Below are positions 50,884 to 64,000 of a stretch of DNA of 64,000 nt, piece after piece. A model generated the notes under the pieces. The model was not told the DNA's origin and searched no databases. It saw only the letters and a list, made by a program, of their open reading frames with translations. Source of the DNA: Octopus vulgaris (lineage: Eukaryota). The DNA lies in NCBI GenBank assembly GCA_951406725.2, contig OX597814.1, positions 74,772,001 to 74,836,000 on the forward strand. The letters are read 5' to 3'. Every line of letters starts with the position of its first letter. Position 1 is the stretch's first letter. A program made the translations under genes and the position numbers.

Positions 50884-53800
50884 ATTTGTGGAAAATCCTA
50901 GAAACCGAAATACCTTGAATAGTTAAGGTGAGTATTGCAAATACTATTCTTATATTAGCTCTTCATTATTATAGCTATTGAAAATTTTCAATTAGCCTTG
51001 GTAGCTTCTGTCAGTTGCCTTTCGTTAATATCCTTTCCAGAATTTAAACAATAAAATGTGCTTAATGTTTGGCCAAAAAGAAAAAAAGAACAAACAAAAA
51101 ATGCGAAAAGTGATAAGCAAACTTTGCAGGAAATACAATGCCATTAATATTACAGACGAATCCTAGGAAAGTACAATATCACTTTCTGTATCTATTAATT
51201 GATTTAATTAGCTAAGCGAAAAAGTAAACGTGGGTTATAAATTGAATTCACAAATTTTTCGCCATTAAAACAGCAATAAAAGAAGGTTAGTGATCTGAAT
51301 TTTTTATAACACTGATTTTATATGAGAATGCTGGTGGGGCTGAAAATTCATAATTACTGTAAATCTTTTATGAAATATTTTCGTTTTAGATTTTTCTGAA
51401 TTCCTACACGGTTTATTTCATCAAAACATTTTACTATCCGAAAAATGAAACTGCAACAAATGGAAATTTGTATAAATTGTGAAAATTGAATAACCAAATT
51501 TTGTTGGCTTTGGTACGTAAAATATCAAAATATAAATCTGTAGATTAGTTAAGAAATGTAATACTTAGACTTAAATTCAATACTTAGCTGTAATTATGTA
51601 TGTATGTATGTATGTATGTATGTATGTATGTATGTATGTATGTATGTATGTATGTATGTATACAGTGGTGTTTCGCAGTTTTCATTCTTTTAAGGCAGTC
51701 ATAAGGCATTGTTCAGCCTGTCTTTAGAGTGGGAGACACTTGCCGAAGCTTGAGCACAGTGGAATTCAACCTGAAACCATGTCATTGTTAAGCGACCCTC
51801 TTAACTGTACAGTCATGCCTGCAGCTATATGTATAAGTGTATGCGCGCGTGTTTCATTGTACAAACGAAATGTAAAAGAACTCAGTAGATATAGAAATTA
51901 TTCTTACATCCACAGTTTAAAATTCTCTACTTCATCACTTAACACACACACATATATGCCTATAGGTACGTGTGTGTGTGTGTGTGTGTTTGTGTAAGTG
52001 CGCGCGCCTGAGGGTGTGTGCTTATTTGTCTGTTTCCGCTTTTATTAGTAAGTAAATTCCTTCAAAACGTTGCCGTTAATGAATAACGGTGTCCTCAACG
52101 AATGGCTGGTGGTAACTGTATGATATATTTGGCTAGACAGTGGTTTGTCTTTGACTTTTTCTTGGTATTAAACTGACAATTACTTTTTGTAATATCTTTG
52201 TTTCTATCGTTTTAAATAGTGTATATAGATACACTTGTAAAATATCAAAATGTATCTGGCAGTACTTAACCTTCATAGTGTCAGTACAGAAAATAGCTTG
52301 GAAATAGGAATGTAGTTATCAAGAATTTGTTGCAAATATTTCGCGATAACGATACTATGAGCTACTTGAATTTGAACCCCATACAGTAAAAGTAAATTTT
52401 CAGGAATCTTAGTTATTATTTGAACGCTAGGGTAAGCAAGTATCGAACATAACGCAAGAAATAATTTGGGGCACTAGGTGATCTATGGTAGAAATGGTGA
52501 AGTGCCGAATAAAGTGTCGTGTTTATACTCAGATATCAAATCATTTCGAGGTTGACTTTCGTGATCTAATTTACGCAGTGTATTGTTTTTAAGTGGATTA
52601 CCTCTAAAATCATTTTAAGTTTGTTTGAGCTTAAATCCGTTTTTCACAGCTCTCTCTTTGAATAAAACTGCCAGTCTATTCCCTGAGATTTGATTCCAAT
52701 ATTTCGGTGTGTCAAATGATTCATCTGTTATACGATAGATTTACTGCTTACACGGATGAACTACTCTTCTTTACAGAACATGTTTGAGGAATTAGAATTT
52801 TGAATTACGTGTTTTTCTACGAAGACCTTGTAGTACAGAAGTCAAGACACGAATCACCATCATCTTCACTCACTGAGCCTTCCAGCATATAAAATATATA
52901 TAAAACGAACCATTTTCTCACATCAAAACATCCCAATTTTAAAAAAAAATCTCATTACGTTAAAGGTAGATTTTTACCTTTTAGTACAGAGTTTTTACTA
53001 CAATTGGATTAATGGTATTTATTCCTACAAATCACAGACACTTATCAATCTTAAATAGATGAAAGTCAAATTTGATCTCAACAAGCTTTTAATTCGACAA
53101 TATGGGTCAAAACAAGACGCTATATAGCCTCCACATCAGCATTCTATTTACTGTCTGAACATTATCGGCGCTCTACATTAAGTACATTAAGTACATATTC
53201 ATGACTTAAAAGTGTGTGATGTAAAGAAAACAAAAGGCTTCTATTCAGTAGCGTTCATGATTCAATTTCATTTCCCAAATGAAAGTAATTCACTTTATTT
53301 CTGTTGTTGATGCGCCTGGAAAAAGAATAAACGTTACATCATCCTATTTGTCTCTCCAAAATATATGGCTTTGTGTACAGATAAAATTCAAGGAAGAACG
53401 TACCGATCGTGTCTTTATTTAAAGAATTTATGATGTGTTTGTTACTAAAAGGAAACGGATTCAGTCGAGAATCGAATCCAAAACACTGCATCGATTCGCA
53501 AGATTTTTGCGGTGCAGATTTCCATAAATTTAGTGCTAAGCCTTTTCACATAGTTTTCTATTCTAACATTATATACTAAGTGAAATACGCTGTTTCCTGT
53601 TATCCCACTACGCGTTAATAATGTATGTGAAGTTAAGTTGTTCTAAAAATGTAGCGCTGACTGGGCTCGTCTACAACATTAAGCATATATCTGTATCAAA
53701 ATGTAAAGCTTATTTATGCTTTGGCATAAATTCATGCATTTTATTTAATGTGGAAAATTATGAATATATGTTGTTCATGCCATTCTAAAGAATATTGAGG

Positions 53801-54161
53801 AGGTGTAAATAATGTGATGCAAACAAAGAATCGAAATCGAGTCACAATCCTCATTTGTCAAGTTTACCTTTTGCTCTCCACGTTTGGAAAATATATTGGC
53901 ACTATTTTTTTTTTTTAGCAATACACATTTATATTCATTGTCATAATCTTCAAATTAATTCTTGTTGGTGTTTCGTAAATGAAAAAACAATCATATTTTC
54001 ACTTTCGATTATAACTGATAAAATTTGAAAATAAAACGGTTCATACCAACTTTAATGGCTCTTGACAGTTGGATTTGATGGTTGCATCTGCTCTCTTGAT
54101 ATTAATAACTAAAATTTCCTCCTTGAATGAATCAATTTAGGTGATAAAAATTCATGTTTTA

Positions 54162-54287
54162 ATGACTTTATGATAAATTACTCTCAAACGTTATTTTATA
54201 ACTCCACATTAGATTTCATTACAATTAACATATGCAATTGGAGTGGTAATAAAAGTCCTAGACAACGATCCCAAAAAATTATATGTA

Positions 54288-54357
<70 letters not shown>

Positions 54358-54575
54358 CTTTCACTTAAATTACATTTATAAAATTATTTGTATTTGTTCC
54401 ATTTATCAGATTCTTTCTATTTTAAATAAACGGAAAAATTTGGAGTTTATTCTTTCCCAACGATGACTTTAAGATAAATTACTCTCAAACATTATTTTAT
54501 AACTCCACATTAGATACCATTACAATTAACATATGCAACTGGACTGGTAATAAAAGTTCTAGCCAACGATCCCCA

Positions 54576-54632
<57 letters not shown>
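54162..54632. repeat. Direct duplication of about 125 bp (period 301), each copy followed by (AT)n
   Basis: 54162-54285 closely matches 54463-54585. Confidence 0.85.
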
Positions 54633-54635
<3 letters not shown>

Positions 54636-54857
54636 CCCAGATGATGCAGCCTTGATTTCTGAAGTCACGTCGTGGTTGGAGGACCAAGCTGGGGTCTTCT
54701 ACAAAAACGGTCTCCAGTGCTGCATCAAACGATGGGAGAAATGCGTAACTCTGGGTGGTTCCTATGTAAAAAAAAAAAGACTAATAACTGTGCCAAGTTT
54801 CGTTGCTCCACTGCTATGGGAAGTGGGTCAGGGGCATTACTTATTGAACGTCCCTCG
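54633..54857 (+). mobile_element. 3' end of the mariner family found at 58252-59542
   Basis: FPDDAALISEV...KRWEKCVTLGGSYV and right TIR ...TTATTGAACGTCCCTCG|TA. Confidence 0.9.
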
Positions 54858-55146
54858 TATCAGACAGCTCAGTTATTTGCCTGCTAACAGTACTGTTTCA
54901 GAGAGACATGCTTCAGCTTCTGAAGTTCAGAACTCCCTAGCACATTCGATATAATATCTTTGCGGTAAGGCAATATCAACTCCTGGCCGATATTGACGGG
55001 CTTTTTTGGCAACAACTGTTTTTCCTGAAACCTCGTCGGATACTTTCGAAACAGCCGTAATATTCAGCGATAACATTCCCGTCTCATCAAGTCTGGATTT
55101 CGTCAATCTGTTGGCTTCACATCTGAAGAAGTCAACATCTCTATTT

Positions 55147-55290
55147 ATTGAGACCTTTTCAACTGTAAGTATAGAAAAAAAATTAATTTTTTTCCATACT
55201 TACAGTTGAAAAGGTCTCAATGGCCGAAACCGGTACTGAAATGTTTTTATAAAATTATTTTTGCATTTTCTACCTTGACTTTTTTCCATA
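55147..55290 (+). mobile_element. Solo pLTR of the Neptune family with U3-A8 hammerhead and 5' fold-back
   Basis: CAG-TTGAAAA-GGTC-TCAAT-GGCC-GAAAC-CG-GTA-CTG at 55203-55238; 55147-55221 is a near-perfect palindrome; homologous to 10130-10225. Confidence 0.8.
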
Positions 55291-55314
55291 TATATGTGTG
55301 TTTGTGTGTGTGTA

Positions 55315-55350
<36 letters not shown>

Positions 55351-56512
55351 TGTATGTATGTATGTATGTATGTATGTATGCATGTATGTATATCGTGGTT
55401 ATAGTTTTTCAAATTAACTATACTTTGATCTTAGCTAAAACGCCGAGAAACTGCCTTTCACCTAAGAAAGTTGAATTTTTAAATTGTCAAAATTTATCCG
55501 AGCTTCCGTATGGGCAAAATCCTGTGACCTGAGGTTGTCATAACACAGGGTAACCTACGCGCGTGTGTGTGTGTGTGTGTACATGCGTACACAAACACAC
55601 ACATGTGGTCCTGCCAACGGTTACAGCTGTTACGCGAGCGGGCTATATATACTTAATGTTTCTTTACATCCCCCTATCAATTGCTTGTGATGATTATCCT
55701 TCTGATTAAACTATAGTTATGTGTATGAGTACGCACGCGTTAATGTGTGTGTCATGCACGAGAGATTGCATCTATGAAAGTGTGTGAGAGTTTAAGCATG
55801 TGTGTGTGTCCCTCGACTGCGTTACTTCAGGTGTCTTTAGTCGCCCCCTACCACTACATATCAATTTCAATGTTCCTTTTGAGCATACTGTTTTTAAAGA
55901 ATGTCTCTAATTTGAAATGTGCTTGCTTATGTATGACTGTTTGTACATGTATGTGTGTGTTTGTGTGTGCTTTTTTATGTTCTGATGAGTTCTTTGTAAA
56001 TATTTGCCTGGATAGATTCATTACTGTAACAATATATAACCAATTTTATTATAAATATTTAACAACTCTTATTAACTACAACGTACTACTCGCGATATGG
56101 AATACAGACAAATAGCAGAGTTTTTTTTCTTCTTAACACAGTCATTCAATAAGCTACGTCTGGAATTCTTAATCATAATTAAGCGCAATCATATGCGAGC
56201 CAGTTGGGCAGTCTCCATGCATTTACTTCATCAGCAATAAATGACAGTCAAATAACTCTTACAACACACCCTACAACCTTAAAGAGAATTTTGTATTATT
56301 AGATTTTGAATAATGTAAATAAATTCATTCGTAGCGCTCTATACAGCATTTTTAAAAACGTAAAATATAATTTTATATAAACATACAATTTTAGCTTTAG
56401 AAAAGTGAAGAAAGTCGTTGAAGTACAGGTTTTCATCTCTCTGTGAACATAGGAAGTTCAATGTGACTAGTATCAAGTCTTCTTAGACATTCATTAGAGA
56501 AACAATACCCAT

Positions 56513-56572
56513 CGTCGGTCCATGGAATTAGTTGATTTATATCTATAAATCAACTAATTCCATGGACCGACG
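56513..56572. repeat. Perfect hairpin: 29-bp arms, 2-nt loop
   Basis: CGTCGGTCCATGGAATTAGTTGATTTATA-TC-TATAAATCAACTAATTCCATGGACCGACG. Confidence 0.95.
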
Positions 56573-57379
56573 GACTCAGATTAACTGGTCAGTCTGATAT
56601 ACATAACAGCATTCACCAACATCGTGGATTAAATCAAATTATTAATTTACAGTGAATTGCAAAGCATTTTTTGAGTGAGAGGGATCGAAATGTGAAGTGT
56701 ATATTTCATCTATTTCAATAATTATACTATTTCAACCCCGCTGTAAAAAAGTAAACTGTTTTCTATATGAGTTCAAACTTCACTTCTGTTCTTTGCTATT
56801 TGCTCTAACATTAAAAGTATTTTCCAGCTTCCTTTCAACATTTTATGCACACTGCCATCAGGTCCATATATTCTACACGGCGCACTAGACAACGATATCG
56901 GTGAGTTCTGGTGTCTCTTTTCTTCCTCCTACAATCCCCACTTCATAATCTTAACAGACAGAGCTACAACTTTCTTACTCAGCCTGAAGCAAGAAAGCAC
57001 TGCCTAGTCGGCAGTCCCTCATCACATCTCCACATATAATACTACATGCCGTTGCCACTTATCCAAGGACTTACCCCTCTCTGAAGCTCGAAACTGGGAA
57101 ATGGCCTCAACTTGATCCTACTTACATTCATGGTAGATAAATTCTGGAGAGGCGCAGTTCTTTCATCGGATTCAAGCGAGAGCATCCATCTACAATATGG
57201 AACATGAACATCAGCCCCTGAGAAAGATACGAAGCTCAAGTGGTATAAGCCTAATAGTGGAATAGCCTTGGGTCAATTATGTTATACTCCTGATCTCTTT
57301 CAATTAAGATTTTCCTACATACATATGATCCTGCGTAATGTCATTTGCGTATGTATGTATCCAATTACGTGTGTGTGTA

Positions 57380-57467
<88 letters not shown>

Positions 57468-58251
57468 GGATGCTGCTTTTGAATGTATGATCGATATTTT
57501 TCTCCAATGTTCAGTTATTCCTACTTCAAAATTTTCTTTCAGTGCCTTACCTTCCAAGCGCTAACTTCCTCTTTGCTTTCCGTTCCCAATATCAACTATT
57601 TTCTTTTTCCTCTCCTCACTCAACACTTACCTTAGTCTTTTTTTAAAGCTGCCATACTCTACATCACCCCTCTTCCACTTTTAATTTAACCCACCTTCAT
57701 TCAACGTATACACCACTCACACTCTGGCATTTTCCCTTGCTCCCCACATTTACACTCTATCGATTAAAAGTTTTTCACTAATATTTTTTTTATTTAAATA
57801 TTTTATTAGCCTTCTGGATGCACGCGTTCTTTGTTTCCTCACTCCCTCTACATATCATTTTGATAATGATATTGATATGTGAATCTAACTTTCTAGAGTG
57901 AGACGCCATTTAAATTATAATTCAATATCTAATTTAGAAGAAATACTTCAGATCTCATCAATGATATCAAAATTTAAAAATTTAAAAAAAAAACAGTCTC
58001 TTGTTTAGTATAGTTCAAGCATGCTACTCGAAATATGATCATGATTCCACTTTAAAAGTAATTTAACTTCACTTAGATAATGCTCTAAAAAAACAAAGGC
58101 ATTAACGTTATAGCATCTCAGTTCCTCTCTCCTCATTGAGATTGTTTCCTAGTAAAAACAGTTTTGTTTAAACATTTCATAACATTACGTAAAATAGAAT
58201 AAATTCGATTGCATTTTATTCGCTTAACAGGTCTTGAAAATGAAAATAATA

Positions 58252-59542
58252 CAGGGGCGTTCAATAAGTAATGCCCCTGACCCACTTCCCATAGCAGTAG
58301 AGCAACGAAACTTGACACAGTTATTAGTCTTTTTCTACATAGGAACCACCCAGAGTTACGCATTTCTCCCATCGTTTGATGCGGCTCTGGAGACCATTTT
58401 TGTAGAAGAACCCAGCTTGGTCCTCCAACCTCAACGTGACTTCAGAAATCAAGGCTGCATCATCTGGGAAACGCTTTCCTTTCAAAAACAACTTCATGAT
58501 TGGGAAGAGGTGAAAATCAGAGGGTGCAAGGTCAGGAAAGTAGGGGGGATGGGGAGGAGTTCATAGGCATACGCCTGTGCTTCTAATCTGGCGACAAGCG
58601 AGTTGTGGACCGGAGCGTTGTCCTGCAGGAGGAGGATGCCTTTGCTGATCTTGCCCCGCCTCTTGATTTTGATAACTTCTCTTAATTTCCTCAAAAGTGA
58701 AGCATAATAGGCTCCTGCAATTGTGGTACCCTTTGCCAGGAAATCTGTCATCACTCACTCCGTCCTGGTCCCAGAAGACTGTGAGCATGACCTTGCCAGC
58801 GGAGGGCTGCATCCTTGCCTTCTTTGGAGGGGGTGAGTCACGGTGCTTCCACTGCATTGACTGGGCTTTGGTCTCTGGATCATCGTGATGGACCCAGGTT
58901 TCATCCTGTGTAATCAGTCTTTTGAAAAATTTTGACTCATCTTCTTGGCACATCTCCAAATTCACCCTCGAGCACTCGACGCGTTCTTGCTTCTGGAAAG
59001 GCGTGAGCAACCTGGGAATCCATCTGACAGACACCTTTTGCATATGCAAATGGTCATGAATGATAGTTTCCACAGACCCGGTACTAATCTTGACCTCATG
59101 GGCTATTTGGCGAATAATTATGCGTCGATCTTCCAAAATGGCAGCCTCAACTTGACGGACAGATGCCTCATCAATGGCAGAAGGGGGCGACCAGATCTGG
59201 GAGCTGTTTCCACAGAGTTCCGACCATGTTTGAATTCACGATGCCAGCGTTTTACAAGGTCATATGATGGGGCATCATCACCATAAGTTACTTTGATTTC
59301 ATCAAAAGTCTCCCGTGGTGTGCATCCTTTCAAATACAAAAACCGGATCACTGCTCGACATTTAACAGGCTCCATTTCACACTTGACTCGGTTCAAACAC
59401 CTGTAAATCAGAAACCACAATTAATTCAGAGCTGTAATTTGCCACTTACTCTATAGAGATATAAATAATTGCACATGCAAAATTTCAGCTAGATCAAACA
59501 ACTGCAAGTGGGTCAGAGGCATTACTTATTGAACGTCCCTCG
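58252..59542 (-). mobile_element. Full-length (1.29 kb) mariner (DD34D) with frameshifted transposase
   Basis: TA-flanked TIRs (CAGGGGCGTTCAATAAGTAATGCCCCTGACCCACT); WIPRLL, QDETW, LLQDNA, PPYFPDLAPSDFHLF; at least 3 frameshifts. Confidence 0.95.
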
Positions 59543-61232
59543 TAAGTACCCGAAGAATGTTTTCATTTAAGTAACTATATATAAGATAAGGCTGTTATGC
59601 GAAAGATACTGTTTATTGTAACATCGAATAGAAATATATTCTCTACTGTATCAAGATGTTAATTTGAAATTAAAGTTTTTGACAGATTATTCATTTATGC
59701 TATTATTTAATACAACAGTATTTCCATGATGAATAATTCTAGAAATAATTTGAAACTGTTAAACACTGAGAAATGGGTGGGTTCAAAATCTAATATAATT
59801 TCTAGGAAATATTAACATCGATATATTCGGACACATGGGAAATATTTGTAGTGAAATAGTTAAGCTGATTTAAATCGATCCCAAAAGAATACAGATAGTT
59901 AATCTATTAGCAACTAGGTGATAAACAGCAAAGTCAACCATCATGCAATTTTAACTCTTCATTGTCAAATTAATGTAATTTTTGTCTGTCGGTGAAATTT
60001 CTAATCCTGAAGAGAGTTTTATCAAATACAAAATAAAGATCTAATTTTAATCATTATGTTTAAGCGTTTCCAAGAGTATTGGTGGTGCATGTGAAATGGT
60101 TTAGCTTCAATAGTGAAACTAAATTGCTACCAAAGAATTGCTTCATCGAAAGCTTACCTTGAACTTGCACATTTAATTTTAATGTAAGCACAAAACGATA
60201 CTTTTTGGTGTGGAGCGTAATGTCAGGTATGAACCCTAGTTCATATTTTTTTTCAATTCCATCTTCAGAGGGCTGGAAGACGAACTTGCAACTCATAGGA
60301 AATAGAACACAAAATGTAAAAAGAAATAATGTTCCAGGTCATTTTGCCCGAGCGCTCTACTGATTCTCTGATGCTCACCCATTTTTCATACGCATATTAC
60401 TTATGACCATATATCGAATTAGTGCCGACACGAATTAATAACTTGAACTACATATATATATTTGGCCATTAATTACAAGTGGATACATACTTATTCATGT
60501 TTTCTTTCTACTATGGAGACTTGAGAATCACTTGACAAGGAAAAGTGTTTTAAGAAGCAATGAATATTTTAAAAGAAAGCTTGTTAAATATACTGTAATA
60601 CATGTGTGTGTGTGTACTAGATATTAGCTTTGGTAAAGAAACAGGTGCAACTGAAGAAAAAAGAACATGGGAGAGTTCTTTCATATCACAAGCGTTAAAA
60701 CGATGTCTAATTAAGAAAAAGATAAAACAGCAATGTAATTCAATGATAGCAAATGCTTGTTAAATGTAACAAGCATTTATAATGATAAACGCGCGCGCGG
60801 GGTACAAGCACAAATGCATATGCATCATCATTATTATCATCATTACAAATGCCATCAATTAACGGAGTGTTGAGTTACTGTAACATCAGACCAGTATTTA
60901 CCAGTCATTTTACTTTAGATCGTTCTTGAGAGTTATCAAAGTCCGATCATTCCTCCATTCTTAGGAGATCGATCATGGTGATATGAATCCAAATTTAGAT
61001 TAAATACTAAAATATATCAAGTGGAATAGAGAAGACTTGAAATAGACCTTCCTCTTACCTATAGTGAAGACAGTGACAACCTCCACTATCCAACTATCTA
61101 CGAAAGTAACAGACTGTTTGGTAACATCAAGACGTAGATTTTTAAAGAATTTATTTGGCGGAAAATCTGGGTTTTGCCCTTTGCTACTCAAAAAGTGACA
61201 GTCCAACAGATAGCTAGAAAGACTAAATATTT

Positions 61233-61963
61233 GGATCGTTACCTTTTGACGTACAGATTTTAAAAATGATTTTTTTGTAACTAAACACTATCAAACTTCG
61301 GACACTGGTAGAATCTGTCATATAAAACATGTTTTACTCTTAGCATTTTTGAGAAAAACATATATTTACGAAGTTATTCCACATTAAAGTAGTAAAATTT
61401 CGGTAATTTCAACAAATCAATGACGTGTATTCAGCTGAATAAAATTACTGCCGTTGTTTGTCAACAAGAACTTCCGGCGGTGTATTTTTCGTTTGTCACT
61501 GTTATTTATGACAACCCTAACCCTAAAACCCTAACCCTAAAACCTTAACCTTAACCCTAACCCTAAAACCCTAACCCTAAAACCCTAACCCTAAAACCCT
61601 AACCCTAAAACCCTAACCCTAACACTCTAACCCTAAAACCCTAACACTAAAACCTTAAAGCTAAAACCAGTACAAACGCACGAACGATGTCATAAATAAC
61701 AATGACAAACGAAAAATACACCGCCGATGGTTGTTGACAAACAACGGCAGTAATTTTATTCAGCTGAATACACATCATTGATTGGTTGAAATTACCGAAA
61801 TAGGACTACTTTAACGTGAAATAACTTCGTATATATACATTTTTCTCGAAAATGCTAAGAGTAAAACATGTTTTATATGACACATTCTACCAGTGTCCGA
61901 AGTTTGAAAGTGTTTAGTTACAAAAATTATTTTTAAAATCTGTAGGTCAAAAGGTAAAGATCC
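61233..61963. mobile_element. MITE with about 280-bp TIRs (GGATC...GATCC), apparent 8-bp TSD AAATATTT, Merlin-like
   Basis: 61233-61513 is inverted at 61688-61963; AAATATTT at 61225-61232 and 61964-61971. Confidence 0.8.
61514..61668. repeat. Telomere-like (CCCTAA)/(CCCTAAAA) array inside the MITE
   Basis: AACCCTAAAACCCT 14-bp periodicity seen directly. Confidence 0.9.
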
Positions 61964-63037
61964 AAATATTTTAACCCTCTTTTGTCGTTGCAAGAATAAT
62001 CGATTGTGGACTTATTCAAATTTTTGACTGAACTGTATGTATTCAGTTTGATTCATGCTGAGTGACCTGATATTCCTGAATAAACTTTTAACTAAACGGG
62101 CATATCGGTATAATATGCTTCATTTTCTCATAATTTTTATTTAGTCTAGTACTGACTGTCTACACAGCTACTGCCAAAGGTGAAACGATTTTTTTTTTTG
62201 TATTCAAATTTCACAAGAAATAATTTAACCTTTCGTTCTTCCGAAGTCAATAAAATAAGCACAAATAAAATTCTACAATAGAGTTATTAAAACAGTCCGT
62301 ATGTCTAGCTAAAGTGAAAACGGAGATCAATATTTCATTATCTCTTGAATGGATTACTTTCGAGTATTATCTAATGCTGTTTTTGAACAATGTTCAGTTC
62401 CTTTATAAAGCATTAAAAGTTGTAATGCAAAAATTAGCGATATGCAAATTGGTTATGTGTATATGATGTCCAATACTTTGTTTATCTGTATCATTCTTGA
62501 TGCAATATAATTCTTCTGATGCTAATCTTTTGATTTTTGTACAAGACTAATTGCTCAAAGTCGAGACAGCTAAATCTTCTGCAGTGTTGTTACTCATACA
62601 TTTTCAAATCCAGTTAAAAAGTAACTTGGCACTGAGAAGTAACGAAACTAAATAATCTATAATATATAATCAAACTATAATTTTAGCTACTACCCGCTTC
62701 TCAAAACATCAGTATTAATTTCACTTTTCATCGACATCGTGGCTAAATCTCCAGTTGTATTTAGAGGAGGACAATCGATTCAGTCATTTGTTTATCTTAT
62801 TGATTCCAGGTGATCGAAAAACTCTGGTGATATTTAAATTTAGCACATCAAGTTTTCAAATCAATCAAGTTTGAGGAACAAATTCATTATTTAATTGATT
62901 ATTTAGGAATAGGTTACATACATATTACTTGGAAGGCATAATATAGCTTCTAACATGCAGAATAGAATTATATACTAAAATTGCATTTTGCTCAGCTCTT
63001 TCATTTTTTATCTAATGTTCAATGCAATTTCTTTTTT

Positions 63038-63392
63038 AATTGTTTCAGTCATTTGACTGCGGCCATGCTGGGGCATCACCTTGAAGATAATTAATCGAAC
63101 AAATCGACCCCAGGGCTTCATTTTTTATTATATCGATAACTTAAGCGAACCGCTAAGTTACGGAAGCGTATACACACCAGCACCGGTTGACAAGCGGTGG
63201 TGGAGGACAAACACACACATACACACACATACGACGGGCTTCTTTCAGCTTCCGCCTACCAAATCCACTCACAAGGCTTTGGGTGGTCCGAGGCGATAGT
63301 AGAGACATCTGCCCAAGATGCTACACAGTGGAACTGAACCCGGAACTATGTGGTTAAGAAACAAACTTCTTCCCACACAACCAGATCTGCGT
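63038..63392 (-). mobile_element. tRNA-derived SINE, family A, diverged
   Basis: Similarity to 4239-4652. Confidence 0.8.
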
Positions 63393-64000
63393 CTATAGTA
63401 GATTTTTTTTTATGGTGGCTCAAGGCCAGAAATTCATATTGCTTTTGACCAGATACAGATTGACGGCTACAAGAAAAAACATTAGTCAGGAGTAATTCCG
63501 GAGATGGGGATGACGTTATGGCAGAAGGGAAATGATGAAGTATCTAGAGAAGAGCCAAGGGTGGACACAACATGAACGACCAAAGGAGGAATGAATCAAA
63601 GGGTGTGATTGGGGATAGGACGATACCAACCTGCTCCGAAAAGCAGAGGCTACTGTAGTATCCCTAAAATGTCAGAATGCGGAGACAGCACGTGAGCCAG
63701 AAATTGGAGTGTGTCGACGAGTGACTTCATACAAATCAATTGGGTGACTTTTTTAGATGACCGTATGTGTAATTACAAAACCATCTTAGATGTAAGATTA
63801 ATATTCTATTATTCTCACTTCAGATATCTAATGGGTGAATAGTTGTTGAAAACTGAAGTATTTCATGACTGTGAAGTTGAAGACCAGTCTTTCTAATAAA
63901 TAATCTACTTAATTACTATCAATACAACTACCATAGAGCCAAATATATTAGAGACCTGCTTTCGATGTCATTTACCAGTGAGTGAGATCAAGTGCAGCGA

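Noticed and set aside
61514-61668. True telomere or chromosome fusion site
   Set aside because: Short, degenerate, single orientation and enclosed by TIRs.

Overview
AT-rich, microsatellite-dense animal genomic DNA. The SINE families look like those of octopus/coleoid cephalopods (inference). I found no convincing host protein-coding exon; almost all long ORFs in the track are (AT)n/(AC)n translations. The window is dominated by mobile elements: a 5'-truncated, nearly intact Neptune-type Penelope-like element (PLE; RT + GIY-YIG), mariner and maT relics, RTE and R4/Dong LINE fragments, a Helitron-like element, a Merlin-like MITE with telomeric repeats, and many tRNA-derived SINEs. The main result is a hammerhead-ribozyme (HHR) system. 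A >99% identical 353-bp tandem/inverted repeat (18580-19688) carries a canonical type I HHR in each full unit and looks like a non-LTR retrozyme. It sits in an (AT)n-linked train with the Neptune PLE and a 5.8-kb palindrome, and the train is bracketed by an inverted duplication. About ten further HHR-like motifs occur, including a U3-A8 covariant core, one with a 70-nt branched stem II, and one at the tail of a tRNA-headed SINE. Most lie in fold-back structures anchored at microsatellites.
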